A DNA stretch of 64,000 bases, taken from a virus. A program made the translations under genes and the position numbers. Shown piece after piece: positions 45,239-52,705 of this stretch (positions are counted from its first letter, which is position 1; every line of letters starts with the position of its first letter). The stretch lies in IMG/VR virus record IMGVR_UViG_3300045988_181101; one strand, 5' to 3'. The notes under the pieces were generated by a model. That model did not search any database, was not told where the DNA came from, and worked only from the letters and a program-made list of their open reading frames with translations.

Positions 45239-45838
45239 CTACATTTTCTCATTACGTTGCAACATTTGGACATGAGAAAATATTATCTCTTTTAATTGTT
45301 TAAGTCTCTGTTCTACGGAACCTGATATAGTCTGATAAGGAATGCTATTTAATTGAAGAGTTGATCGAATAATCAGATCGATCTCTTTCTGAAATTCTTT
45401 TTTCATCGACCTTATACCGTCACCAACTACATTGAATTCAATAGGGAAATATATCACCGTTCCTAAATCATTCTTTCTTTCTTTTAAGATAGAAAGTTGT
45501 CTTTCTGTTTCAATTCGAGTAAACTGTTTTTCTTCTTCAGACATTTCTTTGAAACTTAGTATCCATAAAGTATATGAAACTACATCAATGATACATCTAT
45601 CACTTATCAGACTTTTCTTTTGATCGAGGACTTTCATATACTCATCAAAAATAAGTTTCTGAGACTTCCAATCACCTTCTTCGTTGATTGTAACTTTCTT
45701 TTTCTTTAAAAGATCTCTTACTTTCTCATTGCTGAATAAAAACTCTTTAAAATCAGGATCTTTTTTAGCTTCCTCAAAAAGAGTGGTTTTGCCGGTCCCT
45801 TGAGAACCGGCAAATTGAATTTTCAAATTATCTTTCAT
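45239..45838 (-). CDS. P-loop NTPase / nucleotide-kinase-like protein
   Basis: Walker A GSQGTGKTT near the N-terminus, 199 aa, adjacent to mazG and the 7-deazaguanine genes. Confidence 0.5.
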   Translation of the reverse strand: MKDNLKIQFAGSQGTGKTTLFEEAKKDPDFKEFLFSNEKVRDLLKKKKVTINEEGDWKSQKLIFDEYMKVLDQKKSLISDRCIIDVVSYTLWILSFKEMSEEEKQFTRIETERQLSILKERKNDLGTVIYFPIEFNVVGDGIRSMKKEFQKEIDLIIRSTLQLNSIPYQTISGSVEQRLKQLKEIIFSHVQMLQRNEKM

Positions 45839-45849
45839 TATTTTGATAA

Positions 45850-46389
45850 TTATCTATTATCTCCTGAACCATGTATCACCCCTCTACGAGCTCTCGAAGC
45901 AAGTTTATTAATATTACCTTGAGCAATCTCATTCATTGGTTTATCAAACACAATTGATGCAAGATCAACAAAACTCTGTAAAAGCTCATCCCATCTTTGT
46001 TGAATCTTTTCTCTTCTACTTTCAGGGAAAATACCAAAATCATTCTTTTCTGTATCCCAATCATCTCTCAAATATTTCTTCATTTGTTCGCAAATCGCTC
46101 CTGAATGAATAGATACTTTAAGGAGAGCTGCTGTAGGATTTTCACTTGGTTCCGGCCAATCAATTCTTTCTTTTAAATTGAATTCGGTTCGAATTGCTGC
46201 CATACACCATAAACAATCTTGAAATTCTGCTTCAATTGCATCAATTGGAGCTTCTTCATTAAGTTTTTCATAAAATTCTCCGACCTCTCCGGCAAGCCCG
46301 AGTGTAACATAAATCAATGCTATCTTTGGAGAATACATTTTTGTTGTGCTTGCTAAATTCTCGTAAGATTGATAATTCGTAACTTCCAT
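45850..46389 (-). CDS. mazG: MazG-like nucleoside triphosphate pyrophosphohydrolase
   Basis: N-terminal YQ..E..A..T then LAGEVGEFYEKL (the EExGE-type metal site of all-alpha NTP-PPases). Confidence 0.7.
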   Translation of the reverse strand: MEVTNYQSYENLASTTKMYSPKIALIYVTLGLAGEVGEFYEKLNEEAPIDAIEAEFQDCLWCMAAIRTEFNLKERIDWPEPSENPTAALLKVSIHSGAICEQMKKYLRDDWDTEKNDFGIFPESRREKIQQRWDELLQSFVDLASIVFDKPMNEIAQGNINKLASRARRGVIHGSGDNR

Positions 46390-47104
46390 TTACTTCTTTA
46401 TTAATTTGTTCTACAATAAATAAATAATTCTTAGGTAATCGATCGTTTTTAGATCCATTTTCTTTCGACCACATTGGTTGACAGTTTCTATAATTAAAAC
46501 AAATAAGAATCTCTTTTTCATTTGTTAAATCAAACCATCTAATAGGAACAATATGATCAACTGCCCAACCATCTTTTCCACCATAATTGTCCCAGGTCAT
46601 TCCAGGCTCAAATTGACTTTCTAAATGTTGTTTAAATTCATCAATGGAACAACCGAGAAGATCGATGGTGTGACAATCATTATATCCTTTTGTAAGATGT
46701 CTGTGAACTCGATTTCTAAGTCTTTTTATCAATCGATTGTTTACATTAGAATTGATTCTTTCTAATTCTTTTACTGCTATCTGTTCTTTATGAGTTTGAC
46801 GATACTTAATATTCGCTCTTTTATAAGATTCAGATTTTGCATTTAATCTTGCTCTTTGTCGACAAAGAGCATCGTATTCAGGATCAATTTGACGTTTAAT
46901 AGCTTTAGAAATTGCTGCTCTTTTACTTAAAACATCTTTTCCGGTTTTCTCTATTCTACGTTGATTTTGTTTCTTTTTGCATTCCTTACAACAAAAATGA
47001 AATCCGTCAGGACTATTCTTCCAATGATGAAATTCAGACAAAGGTTTTTCTTGCTTACAATATCTACAAACTTTAACTCCTTCCGTTTTAATTTCTGAAT
47101 CCAC
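46268..47104 (-). CDS. HNH homing endonuclease (family copy 3), GTG start, 122-nt overlap with mazG
   Basis: CRYCKQEKPLSEF...DGFHFCCKEC and GGKDGWAVDHIVP...CFNYRNCQPMWSKENGSKND. The start codon at 47104 is GTG and overlaps the folE stop. Confidence 0.75.
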   Translation of the reverse strand: MDSEIKTEGVKVCRYCKQEKPLSEFHHWKNSPDGFHFCCKECKKKQNQRRIEKTGKDVLSKRAAISKAIKRQIDPEYDALCRQRARLNAKSESYKRANIKYRQTHKEQIAVKELERINSNVNNRLIKRLRNRVHRHLTKGYNDCHTIDLLGCSIDEFKQHLESQFEPGMTWDNYGGKDGWAVDHIVPIRWFDLTNEKEILICFNYRNCQPMWSKENGSKNDRLPKNYLFIVEQINKEVNGSYELSILREFSKHNKNVFSKDSIDLCYTRACRRGRRIL

Positions 47105-47105
47105 T

Positions 47106-47750
47106 TTATTTATGATTAATTTTCCAAATTTGGATTTGTCTTAAAAACTCATCTCGACTATTCATAGAATTATCTAAAAATAATCCTGAACAATAATTTG
47201 TTACCATAGAAGAGTTATCTTCTGCGCCTCTCATACTTACACACATATGTTCAGCTTCAATATAAACAGCAATTCCTCTAACAGAATCACCGAACACTTC
47301 TTTAAGATAATCATGAATCTGTTTTGTCAACTGTTCCTGAAGTTGAGGTCTTTTTGCAAACCAATGAACAATTCTATTTAATTTAGAAAGTCCTACGACA
47401 TCTCCGCCTTCTTGTGGAATGTAAGAAATGTGGCAAACTCCGCAAAAAGGTAAAAAATGATGGCTACACAATGAATTAACTTCAATACCCATTTCTGTTA
47501 CCATCCCTGTATAACCAGTTCCTGGGAACGTTGCAATTCTTGGTCTTTCTTCATAAACTCCTGAAGTAATTTCATTTACCATCATCTTTGCAACACGATA
47601 AGGAGTTTTTACCATATTAGGATCATTCTTCCAATCATATCCTAATGCTTCAAGAAACTTACCGTAGGCTTCTTCTGCATTTTTCATCATTTCCTCTTTT
47701 CTTTCTTTAGAAAGAACAATGTTTTGACCTGCTTTTAATTTAAAATCCAT
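47106..47750 (-). CDS. folE: GTP cyclohydrolase I
   Basis: CSHHFLPF, RPQLQEQLT and EAEHMCVSMRG match the FolE type I active-site motifs. Confidence 0.9.
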   Translation of the reverse strand: MDFKLKAGQNIVLSKERKEEMMKNAEEAYGKFLEALGYDWKNDPNMVKTPYRVAKMMVNEITSGVYEERPRIATFPGTGYTGMVTEMGIEVNSLCSHHFLPFCGVCHISYIPQEGGDVVGLSKLNRIVHWFAKRPQLQEQLTKQIHDYLKEVFGDSVRGIAVYIEAEHMCVSMRGAEDNSSMVTNYCSGLFLDNSMNSRDEFLRQIQIWKINHK

Positions 47751-47774
47751 ATTATTTATTCCTTTCTTTTTATA

Positions 47775-49073
47775 TCAAACTCCTCTTTTTGTTCCCCAAA
47801 TTATAATTTGCAATCTATCTGAATAGTGATATCCATGTTCAGCACAATATTCTGCTACCATTTGTCTTTTTTTCAATAATTGTTCTTCATTGATACCTTC
47901 AGGCATTAAACAAACAGAACCTTTTTTAGGCTTCAGCTCTTTCAAAAGATTTTCAATTTCTTCAAAATCTTCTCTTTTTGATACAACAAACTTTAACTGA
48001 TAATTTTGAGCATATTTCATCCATTTTTTAAAATTATCAATTCTAATTCTATTCTTTTCATGAATATTTTCATACTTAGTTCCTATTGGAGTAGAATCTC
48101 TTAATTTAGGTGAAATTGATACTAAATCTATCATTTTCATTAAAGATTCGTCTAAACAAACAGTTCCATTTGTTTCTAAAGTTATAAGTTTCTTATTATT
48201 TTTAGCAATAATTATAAGTTCTTCAATTCTATTGGAAATGCAAGGTTCGCCTCCAGATAAAACGATGTGTCTTATTAATGGGTTTTCTTTGATAAGATTT
48301 TTAACGTCTAAATTGGAATAAGAACCTTTTTCCGGTTTCCAAGATGTAAATGATGTATCACACCATCTACATTTTAAATTACATCCTATCGTTCTAATAA
48401 ATAAAGAAGGTATTCCTGCATATCTACCTTCACCTTGAATTGATTTAAATATTTCTGAAAGATATTTTTCCTCAAATATTTCTTTCTTTAAAAATTCGAC
48501 TAATTCTTCAACATTATTCGGAACTTTTGCTCCTTTAGAATCATTTTCTTTTGCCCATAACGGTTGTAAATTCCTGTAATTGAAACAGATACGTTGATTC
48601 TCCTCTTTTGTTAAATCAAAATAAGAACAAGGAATAATATGATCGACATGCCATTTTCCATAATTATCCCAACTCATTCCTTCTTTAAATTGAGATTCAA
48701 GATGTCGTTTTAAATGTTCGATTGAACAACCAAGAAGATCGAGTGTATGTGTCGATTTTCGATTGTTTTTACATTTTAAAGCATTATAACAACGAGACCT
48801 TAGAATTTGAGTTAAATTCAAATTTAAATTATTTTTAACCTTTTCTCGTCTTTTTCTATCGTCTTCTTTGGCATATCCTAAAACTCGTCTTCTTATTGTC
48901 TGCTTTCTTTGAATTCTTTTACCACTTTCAGAACGATTAAATTCACTTTTACATTTTTTACAATAATTTTCTAATCCATCGTTTGAAGATTTATTTTTTC
49001 GGAAACAATCTAATGATAATTTCTTTTTACAACGACTACAAATCTTCATTCCTTTTTCAAAATCAGCTTTCAT
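47775..49073 (-). CDS. queE: in-frame fusion: HNH homing endonuclease (family copy 4, ~aa 1-200) + 7-carboxy-7-deazaguanine synthase QueE (~aa 203-432)
   Basis: N-terminus CSRCKKKL...DGLENYCKKC ... HVDHIIP...CFNYRNLQPLWAKEN. It continues without stop or Met into SEIFKSIQGEGRYAGIPSLFIRTIGCNLKCRWCDT ... LQIIIWGTKRGV, a radical-SAM QueE including the typical C-terminus. Confidence 0.85.
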   Translation of the reverse strand: MKADFEKGMKICSRCKKKLSLDCFRKNKSSNDGLENYCKKCKSEFNRSESGKRIQRKQTIRRRVLGYAKEDDRKRREKVKNNLNLNLTQILRSRCYNALKCKNNRKSTHTLDLLGCSIEHLKRHLESQFKEGMSWDNYGKWHVDHIIPCSYFDLTKEENQRICFNYRNLQPLWAKENDSKGAKVPNNVEELVEFLKKEIFEEKYLSEIFKSIQGEGRYAGIPSLFIRTIGCNLKCRWCDTSFTSWKPEKGSYSNLDVKNLIKENPLIRHIVLSGGEPCISNRIEELIIIAKNNKKLITLETNGTVCLDESLMKMIDLVSISPKLRDSTPIGTKYENIHEKNRIRIDNFKKWMKYAQNYQLKFVVSKREDFEEIENLLKELKPKKGSVCLMPEGINEEQLLKKRQMVAEYCAEHGYHYSDRLQIIIWGTKRGV

Positions 49074-49078
49074 TATTA

Positions 49079-49672
49079 TTATTTAATTTGTTTTTCTACT
49101 TTAGGATTAATAAAATATTTTCCATCAGATTCTTTAGTATGACGAAAGAAACTATGTAATTCTTCTGACCAATCATTTAATACACCAACAGAATAAGCTG
49201 TAGATAAATCTACAGGAAGTAAATCAAAATCATTTATTGTTGCTTCAGCATAACCTGTTGCAGTTTCATGATAAATTACCTTATTACATTTTACATTCCC
49301 TTCGCCATTATTAAATTCTGTTGCTTTAATCATTGCATTAATCATATAACAAATATACAATGCAAGATTTTCAGCAGAAGGACTTATAGGAAGTTCAATC
49401 CAACGATCGCACCATTTTTTCATATCGTTCTTATATTCTTCCTTGTCTTTATTCCAAATCAGCATACAATGATCAAAAGAATCGATCCATTGTCCTATAT
49501 TTTTCTTAATCAAAGAGAAATCTACAATCATTCCTCCATTATCAAGTTTATCTGAAGTTAAAAATACTTCAATGACTGCTGAATGACCATGAATACTTTT
49601 TCGACAACGATTTGTTGAACAATTGCGTACAATATGCGCTCCTTCAACTTTAAATAATTTTCTAATCTGCAT
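49079..49672 (-). CDS. queD: 6-carboxytetrahydropterin synthase (QueD family)
   Basis: FKVEGAHIV....C...HGHSAVIEV (the C-x3-HGH zinc motif), 197 aa. Confidence 0.8.
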   Translation of the reverse strand: MQIRKLFKVEGAHIVRNCSTNRCRKSIHGHSAVIEVFLTSDKLDNGGMIVDFSLIKKNIGQWIDSFDHCMLIWNKDKEEYKNDMKKWCDRWIELPISPSAENLALYICYMINAMIKATEFNNGEGNVKCNKVIYHETATGYAEATINDFDLLPVDLSTAYSVGVLNDWSEELHSFFRHTKESDGKYFINPKVEKQIK

Positions 49673-49712
49673 AATTTTAATTCGTTTAATTATTTTGTCT
49701 AAAGATACTACT

Positions 49713-50192
49713 TTACTTTAAAGCATCTATCGAAATGGTGTGCAACAGTTTAATTTTTACATAAATATATGGAACAAATGTCTTCTTTCCATTTTTATAA
49801 ATCTTGATAGAATCATAAATGGGATAATTGTTCTTGATCTTATATTCAATATTGTCAAATATCACTGTTTCACCAGGTTTTAAAAGATAAAATTTGTCCC
49901 AATATTTAGTCTTCTGATTCTTAGGTGAATATTGAAATGAAGGTAATCCTTCTTTATTTAGAAACTCATTTTCATAAAATGATTTAAATTGTTCATCAGA
50001 ATCAAAAATACAACTTAACGAGAACTTTTCTGATAATTCTATAATTTTAAACTTCTTCTTATTTGCTACATCATTATTTATTTTCTTGAATTCAGCTTGT
50101 TCATATATCAATGCTCTTAATTTATAACTAAAATATTCCAATTGAAGAATTCTAAGAAAATCTTCTTTTGATAATTCTCTTGTCTTTTCCAT
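49713..50192 (-). CDS. hypothetical protein (159 aa)
   Basis: The track start at 50198 is TTG; ATG is at 50192. Confidence 0.5.
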   Translation of the reverse strand: MEKTRELSKEDFLRILQLEYFSYKLRALIYEQAEFKKINNDVANKKKFKIIELSEKFSLSCIFDSDEQFKSFYENEFLNKEGLPSFQYSPKNQKTKYWDKFYLLKPGETVIFDNIEYKIKNNYPIYDSIKIYKNGKKTFVPYIYVKIKLLHTISIDALK

Positions 50193-50245
50193 ATTCAAAA
50201 ATTTTCTTGTAAAATTACAAAAAGAATTCTTGAATACGATTATCT

Positions 50246-51256
50246 TTATAAAATTCTTGTATAAAAATTTATAGGTTCTATAACATTATCTAATGCTTCA
50301 AGTAATTCTTCTTGAGTCGCATCTCCTGGATCTTTTTTCTTATCTTTTAATTCTGCTATTGTAACATTAAAATATTTTTGCAAAGTCAATGCTGCAGTCT
50401 TTATCATTTCAGGTTTATCAGGATCGTACATTAAGATTATATTTCGAACACTTTTCTTTTGTCTCAATAGTGAGATTTGATTATTTCCTATATTATTACC
50501 AAATGTAAATACACACTTTATCTCTTCGCTTTCATATAGATGTAATTTATCATCTACGGAAATATAATCAAACATCCCTTCTACTATAATAATAGTATCT
50601 GTATTGTCTGTTATTAAATCATAACCACCTACAACCTTAGCGAATCCATCTTTAGAGTTTTCATATCTAAGAACAAGTTTTGATTTACCTTCTTTAAATT
50701 CTTTCAAGTTTTGTTCATGCCATTCTTTACTTTTCTTAGAACGTGCTAACCAGGCTACAGTTTTACCTTTCATAGTAAATTGAAAAATGAATTTGTCTTG
50801 CAATTTTCTCTCAAGAAAGAAATTTGTTATAGCTGGTTTAAATTGTTCATAATATCTTTTATTAAATCCGCGATTATTCAAATACTCATCGTTTTTTATA
50901 TACTCAAGTTTTTTTGGTAATTCACATTCTTCTAAATCAAAATTTACTTCTTCATTATCTTCTTCATCTTTAACGAGAGGTGTGAGTTTTGATACTTTAA
51001 CACTATTTTCATAATTGATTTTCGCAAGATCGATCCTACGAATCTTTTCAAGAAATTTCTTTAAAGTTGTTTTAGTACCGCATTTAAAACAAAAAAATAC
51101 TGCATTTGTACCGAGTTCATTAAAGTGAATTCCCCATTTTTTACCACCTTTTCCACAAAATGGACAAACTTCATCTTTATTAGTCAACCAACCTGCACTT
51201 CCATTAGGACTTAACGAAAGTTCTTGTATAATTTCATCTTTATCAACTCTAAACAT
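50246..51256 (-). CDS. DNA primase (zinc finger + TOPRIM)
   Basis: CPFCGKGG....CFKCG zinc finger. TOPRIM-like IIIVEGMFDYISV and ILMYDPD. Confidence 0.7.
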   Translation of the reverse strand: MFRVDKDEIIQELSLSPNGSAGWLTNKDEVCPFCGKGGKKWGIHFNELGTNAVFFCFKCGTKTTLKKFLEKIRRIDLAKINYENSVKVSKLTPLVKDEEDNEEVNFDLEECELPKKLEYIKNDEYLNNRGFNKRYYEQFKPAITNFFLERKLQDKFIFQFTMKGKTVAWLARSKKSKEWHEQNLKEFKEGKSKLVLRYENSKDGFAKVVGGYDLITDNTDTIIIVEGMFDYISVDDKLHLYESEEIKCVFTFGNNIGNNQISLLRQKKSVRNIILMYDPDKPEMIKTAALTLQKYFNVTIAELKDKKKDPGDATQEELLEALDNVIEPINFYTRIL

Positions 51257-51258
51257 AA

Positions 51259-52704
51259 TTATATCGTATTGACTTTTCGCTCACCTCTTTTTAATTTTTC
51301 AACTTTGTCTTTAGATTTTTTATGATTGAAATTTCGTTCATCTTCATTACTGAATAATTGTATGGTTCTTGATTTGTCATAAAATCTACCTTTATCATAA
51401 TTTGTTGCTATTGGAAAAGTTAATTGAGATTCTTTAAAATCACGTAATTTATCTATATAAATACGCATAGTACAGTTATTCTTTTCTTCTCTTGTTGTAT
51501 TGCCTGTAAAAACGAATGAAAACGGCTTTACTAATGTTCTATCTCCTTCTGTATAACTTCTATCAATTACTTTTTCAGGATTATCCCAAATTTCAATAGG
51601 TACATTACCTGTTTGTGTTGCTGTTATCCCAACCATTTTAAATTCTACACAAAGATTTTTGAATAACTGAGCACAAGATTGAAGTTTATCCTTCTTAAAA
51701 TTAGGATTATTATCTATTGTACTATTAATACCAGTCTTTACAAGATCAAGTGAATCTAAAATTAAAACTCGAGGATAAAAACCATAAATTTTATGATAAT
51801 CAAGAACAATATTCCTAACTTCTACCATTGAAGCTTCACCGAATTTTTCAAAACCATAAACCGTTATATCTTCACCATAATTTTTCATGGCTTTATATGC
51901 ATTCATAATTTGTTTTTGGTCTTCAGGTTTCAAAAAACCACTTCTAATATCATTAAATTCTTGTCCTGTCCAATATTGATCATACTTATCAAGACAAGCT
52001 TTTACACCACCTTCTAATTGTATATGTAGTACAGGATGTCCATCATAAGCTGCTGCCATTCCATGATGTCTTAATACCGTAGACTTACCTTGACCACTTT
52101 TCATGATCCATAACACAGTATCTTCTATCAAAGCTCCACCATAAGAAATTGCGTCTAACCTATCGATACCTAATGTTATATGATCAGGAACTTTGTTTTC
52201 TTCTGAATCACACCTTCTATTTTTCATTCGAGTTTCGAATCCATTGAAAACTCTTGAAAAATTTCCTCCATCATGTCTTAGAGAAATAGAAAGTATTCGT
52301 TGACTTTCTTCAAGATTTACTTTAATTGCTTCATCTTTTTTATTTTCTTCATATAAATCATGAACTTTCTTAGACAATAATTGAAATTCAACATCTTTAA
52401 TGTATGATTCTAATTGATCTATTATAATCTCTCTATCAACTTTATTTGCGTTTTGAATTTCAGCAATTGTTTCTTGAACTGAATCATTTTCTATATATTT
52501 TTGAGAAACTACTCCAAGCGAAGGTACAACTTCATTCTTTGTAAAGATTTCGATAGCCTCTCTTAATAAATACTTATAACCTGGCCATTCTTTAGGTATT
52601 AATTGATAAGTCAAATTACATACAGCTATTCTTGTTAACGAAATATCTGAATAAATCAACTTAAATAATTCTGCCATAAAATTGGCACTTAATTTCTGAG
52701 CCAT
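51259..52704 (-). CDS. DnaB-like replicative helicase
   Basis: RecA-fold C-terminal domain with Walker A MKSGQGKST and Walker B LILDSLDL. Adjacent to the primase gene. Confidence 0.7.
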   Translation of the reverse strand: MAQKLSANFMAELFKLIYSDISLTRIAVCNLTYQLIPKEWPGYKYLLREAIEIFTKNEVVPSLGVVSQKYIENDSVQETIAEIQNANKVDREIIIDQLESYIKDVEFQLLSKKVHDLYEENKKDEAIKVNLEESQRILSISLRHDGGNFSRVFNGFETRMKNRRCDSEENKVPDHITLGIDRLDAISYGGALIEDTVLWIMKSGQGKSTVLRHHGMAAAYDGHPVLHIQLEGGVKACLDKYDQYWTGQEFNDIRSGFLKPEDQKQIMNAYKAMKNYGEDITVYGFEKFGEASMVEVRNIVLDYHKIYGFYPRVLILDSLDLVKTGINSTIDNNPNFKKDKLQSCAQLFKNLCVEFKMVGITATQTGNVPIEIWDNPEKVIDRSYTEGDRTLVKPFSFVFTGNTTREEKNNCTMRIYIDKLRDFKESQLTFPIATNYDKGRFYDKSRTIQLFSNEDERNFNHKKSKDKVEKLKRGERKVNTI

Positions 52705-52705
52705 A

